Assembly: GCA_019358915.1 (NCBI GenBank)
Contig: JAHHIM010000036.1
Span: forward strand, 416,001 to 480,000
Source of the DNA: Trichormus sp. ATA11-4-KO1
GTDB lineage: Bacteria > Cyanobacteriota > Cyanobacteriia > Cyanobacteriales > Nostocaceae
Length of the DNA stretch: 64,000 bases
Reading direction: 5' to 3'
Shown here: positions 50,960-60,236 of the stretch, in pieces
Numbering within the stretch: position 1 is the stretch's first letter
How the letters are laid out: every line of letters starts with the position of its first letter
Made by a program: the position numbers and the translations under genes
The notes under the pieces: generated by a model
What the model saw: only the letters and a program-made list of their open reading frames with translations
Databases searched by the model: none
Told to the model about the DNA's origin: nothing

Positions 50960-51061
50960 TCTCTGCGTCTTTGCGCGGCAGTCGCTACAAGTCGGGAAAC
51001 CCGCAGGGCGCGCTGCCTTGTCTTTGCGTGAGATTAATTCATATTTCTATTTTGCAACGCT
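50960..51061. repeat. CTTTGCGT-family dispersed element carrying a nested 45-bp hairpin insert
   Basis: ctctgcgtctttgc[gcggcagtcgctacaagtcgggaaacccgcagggcgcgctgcctt]gtctttgcgtgag...ttgcaacgc. Confidence 0.65.
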
Positions 51062-51146
51062 AGAAAAATTAATATAAAGATTTCTGGAAAGTAAGTGCAG
51101 CTTTGAGAAGCTAATTTCCGGTTCAGGTTAAGCAACCCACGACAGG

Positions 51147-51188
51147 ATATTACTGAGCTTAGCAAATTTACATGTAAGCTAATATACA
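51147..51188 (-). promoter_or_regulatory. NtcA-activated type promoter facing cysK; site shared with the divergent dynamin operon
   Basis: TGTA-AGCTAATA-TACA at 51173-51188; on the minus strand TAATAT follows after 21 nt. Confidence 0.62.
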
Positions 51189-51232
51189 ATTGGGTTGGGT
51201 TGTGAGTACTGTTATCATTTCATTGTCTTTAG

Positions 51233-51574
51233 ATGGAGTACAGACCGATGACATCTCAAGATGACCGCCAAAAAGAACTAGAGCAACGGGAACGCATACT
51301 GCGAGAACGAGAAGTTGAATTACGACTTCGGGAAATGGACGCTGACATCCATGCACCCAATGCACCTTTTCATAAAACTGTCAAGCATCAGCCGGAAAAC
51401 TCCCAAAAACCCTGGATGAAGAAACTGATTCTCGGGGGAAAGTTATTTGCTTTCGGCGTTGCGGCGCTGGTAGCGGTGAGAATAGCCTCAGCAGTTGCGG
51501 GGATAATGATTATCGCTGCGTTGGCGTGGATATCTTACAAATTATTTTGGGAATCAAAAAATAATCGTCGTTAA
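51233..51574 (+). CDS. Small coiled-coil plus TM-hairpin protein, first gene of the dynamin operon
   Basis: Charged N-terminal helix, long hydrophobic C-terminal stretch; 16 bp before BDLP. Confidence 0.75.
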   Translation: MEYRPMTSQDDRQKELEQRERILREREVELRLREMDADIHAPNAPFHKTVKHQPENSQKPWMKKLILGGKLFAFGVAALVAVRIASAVAGIMIIAALAWISYKLFWESKNNRR

Positions 51575-51590
51575 TTACGAGGAAATTGTA

Positions 51591-53672
51591 ATGACTTATC
51601 AAGTCGGAACTGACAGATTCATCAACGACTTAGAACGAGTTGCTCAAGTGCGCTCAGAAATTTCTGTATGTCTGAGTAGCATCGCTGATACCATAGATCA
51701 AGCAGAATTAGCAGGAGAATTTTCATCAGGCAAACTCAGCTTAGAACGAGATATAGAAGATATTAAAGCAGCTAGTAAAAACCTCAAAAAAGGTGTATTT
51801 CGTCTTTTGGTTTTAGGTGATATGAAACGGGGAAAAAGTACGTTTCTCAATGCCTTGATTGGAGAAAATTTACTGCCAAGTGATGTTAATCCCTGTACTG
51901 CTGTATTAACGATTTTACGTTATGGTTCAGAAAAAACAGTCACCATTCATTTTAATGATGGTAAAAGTCCCCAAAAGCTAGATTTTCAAAGTTTTAAATA
52001 TAAATATACGATTGACCCAGCAGAAGCAAAAAAACTAGAACAAGAGAAAAAGCCAGCTTTTCCTGATGTTGATTATGCTGTTGTGGAGTATCCCTTACCA
52101 CTACTAGAAAAAGGGATTGAAATTGTTGATAGTCCAGGGTTAAATGATACGGAAGCACGCAACGAATTATCTTTAGGATATGTCAATAATTGCCATGCAA
52201 TTTTGTTTGTGATGCGAGCTTCCCAACCTTGTACATTGGGGGAACGTCGCTATCTGGAAAATTATATTAAAGGTCGTGGTTTGAGTGTATTTTTCTTAGT
52301 CAACGCTTGGGATCAGGTGAGGGAATCTTTAATTGATCCTGACGATTTAGAAGAATTACAAGCATCTGAAGTCAGATTACGGCAAGTCTTCAAAGCCAAT
52401 TTAGCAGATTATTGTTATGTAGATGGTCAGGATATTTACGACGAACGCGTATTTGAACTTTCATCAATTCAAGCGCTAAGGCGACGACTGAAGAATCCCC
52501 AAGCTGATTTAGCCGGAACTGGCTTTCCAGAGTTTATGGGTTCTCTAAATACATTTCTTACCAGAGAACGGGCGATCGCGGAACTGCGTCAAGTCAGAAC
52601 ATTGGCCAGACAAGCTTGCAATCATACTCGCGAAGCAGTGGCTAGGCGTTTACCTTTACTCGACAAAGATGTCGATGAATTGAAAAAACGCATCGATTCT
52701 GTAGAACCAGAGTTTAATAAACTCACAGGGATTCGAGATCAATTTCAAAAGGAAATTCTCAATACAAGAGATACCCAAGCAAGAAAAATTTCCGAATCTT
52801 TTCGTGGCTACGTTTTAAATTTAGGTAATACTTTTGAAACAGATTTCTTACGCTATCAACCTGAGTTAAATGTCTTAGATTTTCTCAGTACTGGTAAACG
52901 AGAAGCATTTAACCTAGCGCTACAAAAAGCCTTTGAACAATATATAGCTGACAAAGCTGCGGCTTGGACTTTAACAGCTGAAAAAGATATCAATGCGGCT
53001 TTTCGAGAACTTTCTCAGAGTGCTGCACAGTATGGCGCGTCTTACAGCCAAGTAACAGACCAAATTACAGAAAAGCTCACCGGACAAAAAGTTAATGTCA
53101 ATACTACCAGCACATCAGAAGAAGACCAATCTCCTGGATGGGCAAAATGGGCAATGGGATTGTTATCTTTGTCTAGGGGAAACTTAGCAGGTGTGGCTTT
53201 AGCTGGTGCTGGCTTTGATTGGAAAAATATTTTGTTAAACTACTTTACTGTGATTGGCATTGGTGGGATATTGACAGCAGTTACAGGTATTTTTCTTGGC
53301 CCTATTGGATTTGCTTTGCTAGGTTTGGGAGTAGGATTTTTGCAAGCAGATCAAGCGCGTAAGGAGTTAGTCAAAACTGCGAAGAAGGAGTTAGTCAAAT
53401 ACTTACCACAAATAGCGCATGAGCAATCCCAAACTGTGTATGATGCAGTGAAAGAGTGTTTTGATAGTTACGAAAGAGAAGTTAGTCAACGAATTAATGA
53501 TGATATTGCTTCTCGCAAATCTGAGTTAGATAATCTGGTGAAGCAAAAACAAACCCGTGAAATCAATCGTGAAAGTGAGTTACAGCGATTAAAAAAATTA
53601 CAGGAAGATGTCATAACGCAAATCCAGAAAATTGAGGCAGCATATAGTAATTTATTGGCTTATTATAGCTAA
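51591..53672 (+). CDS. Bacterial dynamin-like protein, orthologue of Nostoc punctiforme BDLP1
   Basis: 693 aa; GDMKRGKST, DSPG, NAWD; hydrophobic paddle LLNYFTVIGIGG..GPIGFALLGLG. Confidence 0.95.
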   Translation: MTYQVGTDRFINDLERVAQVRSEISVCLSSIADTIDQAELAGEFSSGKLSLERDIEDIKAASKNLKKGVFRLLVLGDMKRGKSTFLNALIGENLLPSDVNPCTAVLTILRYGSEKTVTIHFNDGKSPQKLDFQSFKYKYTIDPAEAKKLEQEKKPAFPDVDYAVVEYPLPLLEKGIEIVDSPGLNDTEARNELSLGYVNNCHAILFVMRASQPCTLGERRYLENYIKGRGLSVFFLVNAWDQVRESLIDPDDLEELQASEVRLRQVFKANLADYCYVDGQDIYDERVFELSSIQALRRRLKNPQADLAGTGFPEFMGSLNTFLTRERAIAELRQVRTLARQACNHTREAVARRLPLLDKDVDELKKRIDSVEPEFNKLTGIRDQFQKEILNTRDTQARKISESFRGYVLNLGNTFETDFLRYQPELNVLDFLSTGKREAFNLALQKAFEQYIADKAAAWTLTAEKDINAAFRELSQSAAQYGASYSQVTDQITEKLTGQKVNVNTTSTSEEDQSPGWAKWAMGLLSLSRGNLAGVALAGAGFDWKNILLNYFTVIGIGGILTAVTGIFLGPIGFALLGLGVGFLQADQARKELVKTAKKELVKYLPQIAHEQSQTVYDAVKECFDSYEREVSQRINDDIASRKSELDNLVKQKQTREINRESELQRLKKLQEDVITQIQKIEAAYSNLLAYYS

Positions 53673-53681
53673 TAAATTACA

Positions 53682-53714
53682 AGATTCCCGACTTCTTGAA
53701 GAAGTCGGGAATCT
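53682..53714. repeat. Perfect 16-bp inverted repeat between the two dynamin genes
   Basis: AGATTCCCGACTTCTT-G-AAGAAGTCGGGAATCT. Confidence 0.9.
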
Positions 53715-53743
53715 GAGTTTTTCCAATTTCAAATAGGGTAAAT

Positions 53744-55909
53744 ATGCAACAACAGAATGAAAGTTACAGGGATTTAGCAAATTCTCTCAAATCTGTATCT
53801 ACATTACTGGAGTTAGAACGTCAATCACCACTGCATCAAGATATTCTTACTGTCTGCAATCATTTGGTTAATCCCAGTTTTCGTATTGCGGTTTTTGGCC
53901 CTTTTAATCATGGCAAATCTACTTTATTAAATGCCATGTTGGGAAATCGCACATTACCGATTGATTTAATTCCGACAACAGGCGCAGCGATTACTGTAAA
54001 GTATGGTTCTGATGTGCGGACTCGGATCATGTTGGTAGATGGTACAGAAATATATCGCAGTGGTACAGAAGTTTTACAACAATTTGCTATTCTTGACGGT
54101 AATAGACAGATGCGAAAAGATGTCGCGTCTGTAGAAGTTTTTTGTCCTCATCCTTTCTTAGCAACTGGTGTAGAATTTATCGATTTACCGGGAACTAATG
54201 ATAGGGAAGAACAAGATAATTTAGTTAGAGAACAACTTTTAAGTGTAGATTTAGTAGTCCAGTTATTGGATGCACGTAAGTTAATGACTTTAGGTGAACG
54301 AGAAAACTTGCGAGATTGGTTATTAGATCGGGGTATTAAAACAGTTATATTTGTGGCTAATTTTTTGAATTTACTGGAACCAGAAGAGCAAAAACAAGTG
54401 CAAAACCGTTTGCTGTTTGTAGCAGAAAGTTTTCGTGCTGATTTACCTCCAGGTTTTAGTAATTTATATCGGGTTGATGCTTTACCGGCTTTAAGAGCTA
54501 GATTAAAAGGTGATGTTGCTGCTGCTAGTAGTAGTGGTTTAGTGGCGTTTGAAGCTGCTTTGCAAAATATTGCTGGTATTTTACAACCAAATCGGGGTAG
54601 TGTAAGGTTGCCAAGGGCACAGGCGATCGCTTCTCAAATTCAATTATCACTAAAAGCTAAAATTGACCCTCTTGTTAATGAAATTAAAGTCTTTAATGAT
54701 AAACAAAATGCTAAATTTGCAATAAAAGAAAAAGCTGCTAATTTAATTAATCAAGGCTTTGCTAAAAGTATAAAAGAGTTATGTGATTGGCTGGCTTTAT
54801 CTAATTTACTCGCAAAATATCAAGCTGATGGCGCTGTTGCATTGGCAGAAAATAACTTTAAAGCTTGGCAAGTAAATACACTTAAAAAAGACCTAACAGA
54901 GTTGCAATTAACTGTAGTCAAATGGCTTTATCAAGCTTACGAATTCTTTCAAGAAGAACGACCAGAAGATTTATTAATTCCTTTGCCTAGTGAACCACAA
55001 GTAATACTACCACCAAAGCCAAGTAATACCGATGATTTGAGTGAACCTGGTTCAATAGCTGTCGGCGGTGGAATTGGCTGGTTATTGGGTGGCCCTGTCG
55101 GTGCGGCTGTCGTTGGGAGTATTTCTTATTTATTAAATAAGAATATCCAAGAACAAGATGATAAATTAGCAAATGAATCTTATCATCAGCAAGTTGCTAA
55201 AGTTTGTATAGCAGCGATTGAGGATTATTTATCCCGCTTGAGTAATCAAGGATTAGCAATTTTAGCTGAGTATGAACTAAAAGCTGAAAAAATTATTCGC
55301 TTTACAATCAGCCAGGAAACGCCAGAAATTACTAAAAAATGGGAAGATTTGCAGCAATTACAAAATGGTTTCAATCAGTTTTTGCGAGAGTTAGAAAAAG
55401 TAAAATTATCTGGCAATTATCAACCTTATTTAGAAATATCAAAACCCCAAAATACTAAACGTGTATATATCCCTAAAAGAGTAAGAGTTCAAACTTCCTC
55501 GACCAAAAATACTGCTAACAATACTCAGACAAGGGTAGAATCTCCGCGTCCTAAAACTGCTCCCCGTCCACAAGAAGTAGACGCGAAATTTCGCAATTGG
55601 GAACTAGATGAGGAGATAGCACGCATGAAAGCAGAAATGCGCTCTCCTAATTCATCTAAAAATCAAAGTAATAAAGCACCGAACCCACCCAAAACCCAAG
55701 CAGAAAAAGATAAAATTGCTCACGCTTATAGTATTTTAGGATTAAAATCGAGCGCTTCTCTCGCTGAAGTCAAACAAACTTATCGAAATTTAGTGAAAAA
55801 ATGGCATCCAGATTTATTTGTAAATCAGCCGCAGATGCAAAAACAAGCTCACGAGAAAATGCGATTAGTTAATGAGGCTTATAGAATATTAAGTTCGCTA
55901 GGGATTTAA
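53744..55909 (+). CDS. Second dynamin-like GTPase with a C-terminal DnaJ J-domain
   Basis: GPFNHGKST, DLPG, glycine-rich paddle GGGIGWLLGGPVGAAVVG; AYSILGL...YRNLVKKWHPD...VNEAY. Confidence 0.9.
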   Translation: MQQQNESYRDLANSLKSVSTLLELERQSPLHQDILTVCNHLVNPSFRIAVFGPFNHGKSTLLNAMLGNRTLPIDLIPTTGAAITVKYGSDVRTRIMLVDGTEIYRSGTEVLQQFAILDGNRQMRKDVASVEVFCPHPFLATGVEFIDLPGTNDREEQDNLVREQLLSVDLVVQLLDARKLMTLGERENLRDWLLDRGIKTVIFVANFLNLLEPEEQKQVQNRLLFVAESFRADLPPGFSNLYRVDALPALRARLKGDVAAASSSGLVAFEAALQNIAGILQPNRGSVRLPRAQAIASQIQLSLKAKIDPLVNEIKVFNDKQNAKFAIKEKAANLINQGFAKSIKELCDWLALSNLLAKYQADGAVALAENNFKAWQVNTLKKDLTELQLTVVKWLYQAYEFFQEERPEDLLIPLPSEPQVILPPKPSNTDDLSEPGSIAVGGGIGWLLGGPVGAAVVGSISYLLNKNIQEQDDKLANESYHQQVAKVCIAAIEDYLSRLSNQGLAILAEYELKAEKIIRFTISQETPEITKKWEDLQQLQNGFNQFLRELEKVKLSGNYQPYLEISKPQNTKRVYIPKRVRVQTSSTKNTANNTQTRVESPRPKTAPRPQEVDAKFRNWELDEEIARMKAEMRSPNSSKNQSNKAPNPPKTQAEKDKIAHAYSILGLKSSASLAEVKQTYRNLVKKWHPDLFVNQPQMQKQAHEKMRLVNEAYRILSSLGI

Positions 55910-56494
55910 AATAATAGTCAAATCTATAACAAAACCAGGCAAAACTTCTTCACCGGAAAGTTGAGGAGGGTTATTAAAAGAAAAATTTAAAACTTCTACA
56001 TCTTGTCCTGGTCGATAAATTTCTACTAAAGGCGTTTGCGGGTCAATTAACCAACCTAAACGCGCACCATTTTCTTGATATTCCCGCATTTTAGCGCGTA
56101 ACTTATCTAAACGATCGCTTTCTGAGGGCAGTTCAATGACAAAATCAGGACAAATAGGCGGAAAACGTCGTTTTTCATCTTGCGTTAATGCTTCCCAACG
56201 TTCTAACTTTATCCAAGCCGCATCAGGACAGCGATAAGCACCATTGGGTAATTTGAATTCGGTGGAAGAGTCAAAGACTTTCCCTGATTTGGTTTGACGG
56301 TTCCATAAATTTAAATCTGTTGTTAAATCAGAATTTCTAATTCCACTTTCTCCGCCTGTGGGAGGCATAATGATTAATTCTCCAGTCTGGGTAAGTTCTA
56401 ATTGCCAAGGTTCGTTAGCAATGCAGAGTTGATAAAATTGCTCATCGGTTAAACCTACTGCTGGAGGTACGTTTAAAGTGAGGGTTTCCATCAT
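55898..56494 (-). CDS. Uma2 family endonuclease
   Basis: GELIIMPPTG, FDSST, PDAAW, CPDFVIEL, LGWLIDP. Confidence 0.92.
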   Translation of the reverse strand: MMETLTLNVPPAVGLTDEQFYQLCIANEPWQLELTQTGELIIMPPTGGESGIRNSDLTTDLNLWNRQTKSGKVFDSSTEFKLPNGAYRCPDAAWIKLERWEALTQDEKRRFPPICPDFVIELPSESDRLDKLRAKMREYQENGARLGWLIDPQTPLVEIYRPGQDVEVLNFSFNNPPQLSGEEVLPGFVIDLTIILNP

Positions 56495-56719
56495 GATGTT
56501 TTACCAAAGGAGTTAATTCTATTATCGTGGGTGAAAATTATAAGTAGAATGTAAGATAAATTTTTGTTCGTAATAGGCGATTTATCGCTTTCTTACAAGA
56601 TTTTAAAGGCTAGAGCCACTGACTACGAACTTTTATTTTATTAAGTCTTACTACTTAATTGCTATATCCAACCTCAGTAATTGGCTGGACATGAAATTAC
56701 ACATTCATGGAAGAATCAG

Positions 56720-57304
56720 CTACCAAATTTTACTCATATTCAAGATAAATCCAGGTAACACAGGGTCAGCGTTAATAGTATCAGGATTATCTAGACATGC
56801 AACTGGTTTTCCAGGAGAATAAATATAAACTTGGCGATGTTTGCGGTCAATTAACCAGCCTAATTGTATTCCTGGTTCCTGCATATCTTCCTCCATTTTT
56901 TCCTGCAAAAGTTGGAGGCGATCGCTCGGTGATCTCAGTTCAATGATAAAATCTGGACAAATAGGGGCAAATTTTTGTTTTTGTGCAGATGATAGAGTAT
57001 TCCACCGTTCGAGTTTCATCCAGGACGCATCGGGAGAACGTTCTGCACGTGTTGATAGTTTAAATCCTGTGCTGGAGTCAAAACAAATACCCGTACCATC
57101 TTGTTCTGCCCACACTCCTAATTGTACAGCAACATTAAAGTTCCGATTGCCTGTTTCTGAACCTGTAGGCGGCATAATTGATATTTCTCCCAACTTATTC
57201 CGTTCAATGCGTAAGTCACGGTTAAACTGACAGAACTCAAAGAATTGTTCGTCTGTCATTTGTATTGATGGTGGAAATTGCAGCACCAAGGGAGATGAAA
57301 ACAT
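56720..57304 (-). CDS. Uma2 family endonuclease
   Basis: IMPPTG, FDSSTGF, SPDASW, CPDFIIELRS; start reset to MFSSP. Confidence 0.92.
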   Translation of the reverse strand: MFSSPLVLQFPPSIQMTDEQFFEFCQFNRDLRIERNKLGEISIMPPTGSETGNRNFNVAVQLGVWAEQDGTGICFDSSTGFKLSTRAERSPDASWMKLERWNTLSSAQKQKFAPICPDFIIELRSPSDRLQLLQEKMEEDMQEPGIQLGWLIDRKHRQVYIYSPGKPVACLDNPDTINADPVLPGFILNMSKIW

Positions 57305-57334
57305 ATGCTGACCCGAATAGGCTTTATCTTTATT

Positions 57335-57386
57335 CTCACGCAAAGACGCAAAGACGCCAAGCTATAACTTTGCGTCTTTGCGTCTC
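57335..57386. repeat. Palindromic CGCAAAGA/TCTTTGCG dispersed repeat
   Basis: acgcaaagacgcaaagacgccaag-ctataa-ctttgcgtctttgcgt; same unit at 4561, 50965 and 62584. Confidence 0.75.
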
Positions 57387-57452
57387 ATCTGAATATAGAA
57401 AACGGACTTGGTTGGGATATGATTTTACTCAGCACTCAGGAAGGAAGCACTT

Positions 57453-58091
57453 TTATTTATTAGGCTGAGGAGTCATTCGCAAATAAGGTTTGATTTCCTG
57501 GTAACCTTTGGGGAATTTTTCTTTGAGTACTTCTGGATCTTTGAGTGAGGGGACGATCACGCAATCTTCACCGTCTTTCCAGTCGGCTGGTGTAGCTACG
57601 CTGTAATTATCGGTTAATTGCAATGAATCAATTACCCGCAAAAGTTCATCAAAGTTGCGTCCGGTGCTTGGGGGATAGGTGAAAGTTAGACGCAGTTTTT
57701 TGTTAGGGTCAATGACAAAAACCGATCGCACTGTCACGCTAGCAGCAGCATTCGGGTGAATCATGTCGTAAAGGTCAGATACTTTACGATCGCCATCGGC
57801 CAAAATTGGGTAGTTGAGAGTAGTGCTTTGAGTTTCTTCAATGTCTCCTACCCATCCATTGTGGGAGTCAACATCATCAACGCTGAGTGCGATCGCTTTG
57901 ACATTACGCTTGTCAAATTCTGGCTTCAGTTTGGCAACTGTGCCTAACTCGGTTGTGCAGACTGGTGTAAAGTCAGCAGGGTGGGAAAACAGCACTACCC
58001 AGCTGTCACCTGCCCATTCGTAAAAGTTGATGTCGCCGTGTGTAGAGGCTTGCGTAAAATTGGGTACTGTATCACCAAGACGGAGAGTCAT
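57453..58091 (-). CDS. 1-Cys peroxiredoxin (Prx6 type)
   Basis: FSHPADFTPVCTTE, YPPSTGRNFDE, ATPADW. Confidence 0.95.
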   Translation of the reverse strand: MTLRLGDTVPNFTQASTHGDINFYEWAGDSWVVLFSHPADFTPVCTTELGTVAKLKPEFDKRNVKAIALSVDDVDSHNGWVGDIEETQSTTLNYPILADGDRKVSDLYDMIHPNAAASVTVRSVFVIDPNKKLRLTFTYPPSTGRNFDELLRVIDSLQLTDNYSVATPADWKDGEDCVIVPSLKDPEVLKEKFPKGYQEIKPYLRMTPQPNK

Positions 58092-58281
58092 GCGAGATTC
58101 CCTGTAATTAGAAAGGCATATGTATTCTACTTTGCGATCATGACATAAAACACCGGTTACCCAATCGGTATTTAGTCGCTTTTAACAAAATTTTAACTCT
58201 TGAGCGTTGAGAAAGTTTTGAGAATGTAATTATTATACAAAAAAGTGGCTTTTCATTAACATTGCAGAGATAATCGGGTAC

Positions 58282-59397
58282 ATGATGCTCAAAAAAACTC
58301 TGTTAATTCCGCGTCTTGCAGTAGCCTGTGGTTTATTCTTGCTAACGGCTTGTCGCGGTAACCCTAACTCATTGCAAATCAAACTGTTAGTTGGTAGTGC
58401 CTTAGGGGATTTTTGCCACCAAGCCGCCCAAAATTTTAATGCTACACAACCTCAACTAGACAATGGTAAGGCTTTTCAGGTAGGGTGCGAAGCCAAGGGT
58501 AGTGGTGATGTCGTCACCAAGGTAGTTTCTTTGGCAACTCAGCTCAAGAATGGAACATTGCAGGCTGATGCAGCAGATTTTCCGACGATTATTTCACTAG
58601 ATGGAGATATTTATCACAGTCAGCTTATTTACCGGATGAATCAACTGTTTCCGGGACAAAATTATATTCCGGAAGTCACCGAGTCGCCGCTTGTGGCAAA
58701 TACGCCAATGGTATGGATGGCGCAGGTGGATGTTGCTGGAGAACTGCGCCAAGCTGCCAAAAAGCATGGTGTTATTCAGCCAGTACTACCGTTAGCCGTT
58801 CAATATGTGCATACTGTGCCTACTCGTTCTAATTCTGGGTTACAAACTTTAGTAGCTCAATACGCAAATATATCAGGAAAGCGTCCTGAAGAACTCACGG
58901 TTGCTGATGTGCAAAAATTGCAGCCGCAAATGCAGCAAATTCACAACCAAATTATCGGTTACGGCATTTCTACTAATTCTCTCGCCCAAGCAATTATTAA
59001 AAATGACCAATTTAAGAATTTTGTCGGGTTGGTGTACGAATCTAGTGTGATTGCTGTCAATTCTGCATTACCACCAGACAAACCACGCTATCAGGCAGTT
59101 TATCCTAGGGCAACATTTACTTCCAATATGCGGACAATTTTGCCTAATGCACCTTGGGTAAGTGCTGATGAGAAGGCGGCGGCGGCAAAATTCATTAATT
59201 ATTGGCGATCGCCAGCCACTCAAAAACTGGCTACCGATTTAGGTTTGCGACCGGGAACGCCAGGAGTCGCTTTAGGTGCAAAGTTTACCCCAGAATTTGG
59301 TGTTGATTCCCAAGCCAAGTATGATTCATTAAGATCACCACAGCCAGAAGTTGTAGAAATTATACTGGAAGCTTGGCAGGAAGCGGTTAAGAAGTAG
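58282..59397 (+). CDS. Lipoprotein, type II periplasmic-binding-fold protein; possibly C-terminally truncated
   Basis: Lipobox LLTAC, GSG, PTRSNSG, VYES, A.KF..Y, GLRP. Confidence 0.75.
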   Translation: MMLKKTLLIPRLAVACGLFLLTACRGNPNSLQIKLLVGSALGDFCHQAAQNFNATQPQLDNGKAFQVGCEAKGSGDVVTKVVSLATQLKNGTLQADAADFPTIISLDGDIYHSQLIYRMNQLFPGQNYIPEVTESPLVANTPMVWMAQVDVAGELRQAAKKHGVIQPVLPLAVQYVHTVPTRSNSGLQTLVAQYANISGKRPEELTVADVQKLQPQMQQIHNQIIGYGISTNSLAQAIIKNDQFKNFVGLVYESSVIAVNSALPPDKPRYQAVYPRATFTSNMRTILPNAPWVSADEKAAAAKFINYWRSPATQKLATDLGLRPGTPGVALGAKFTPEFGVDSQAKYDSLRSPQPEVVEIILEAWQEAVKK

Positions 59398-59495
59398 ATA
59401 GCGGCCAATTTTACACTATACTAATTATTTAACATTGAACTTCTAGCAAAAGTTGAAATCATGAATAATTAATCGCCGAGCAACGCAGATAAAAC

Positions 59496-60221
59496 ATGAT
59501 AAAACTAGCAAATCCACTTTATTATCCAGTAGCTGTATTAGCTGGTGGCATTGTTCTGGTGGTTGGTGTACGTCTGGCTCAATTACCTAGTAAACTTATT
59601 TTACCTGTAGCAGCTGGTATCGCTACTGCTGGAGCTAGTTTTTTGCAATACCGCGAACCTCAAGATTTTGAATTAGATAATTCTGAATTAGAACAGGAAA
59701 TTACAGCAGTGCAAATTGCTGCTTTTTCTTTGGCGAATCAAGCTAATAAACTGCGTTTAGAAGCCAAAAAACTGTTAACTAATTCTTCCCAGGGAGAACT
59801 TTTAGCATCACTACAAATAAGTTGCGATCGCGCGGTTGAATTACCAGAAAAACTTCGGGCTATAGTCTGGTATTTATATGGTAGTAATGCTTTAATTTCC
59901 GTCAGTTCATTAAAACAGCAATTAGCAGTAGTTCAACAACAACGTCGATCTAGTTCGGGCGTAAAAAAGCAACAAATCAACCAACTGAAAGACTTTCTTA
60001 GACACAACATCAAATTAGCCAAAGCTGGTAAAGATACCCGTTTAGCAAGAATTACCAAAATTTCTAGTCTGATTCAAGATTCTACTGCTGTGTTTTATAA
60101 TTTGCAAACTAAATTACGTAGTTTTGACTTTAGTAACTCTGAAAAAATTTATGAGTTGCAATTACTAAGTGAGCAACTTAGTAGCTTAGAAGTCAGTCTC
60201 GATGTGTTAGTTCGCAAATAA
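59496..60221 (+). CDS. Hypothetical protein, N-terminal TM hairpin plus coiled coil
   Basis: NPLYYPVAVLAGG, two TM segments, heptad-rich remainder; 15 bp from the next gene. Confidence 0.75.
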   Translation: MIKLANPLYYPVAVLAGGIVLVVGVRLAQLPSKLILPVAAGIATAGASFLQYREPQDFELDNSELEQEITAVQIAAFSLANQANKLRLEAKKLLTNSSQGELLASLQISCDRAVELPEKLRAIVWYLYGSNALISVSSLKQQLAVVQQQRRSSSGVKKQQINQLKDFLRHNIKLAKAGKDTRLARITKISSLIQDSTAVFYNLQTKLRSFDFSNSEKIYELQLLSEQLSSLEVSLDVLVRK

Positions 60222-60236
60222 TACAAAGTATGCAGA

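Noticed and set aside
58225..58239. TGTAATTATTATACA as an NtcA site
   Set aside because: Spacer is 7 nt, not 8
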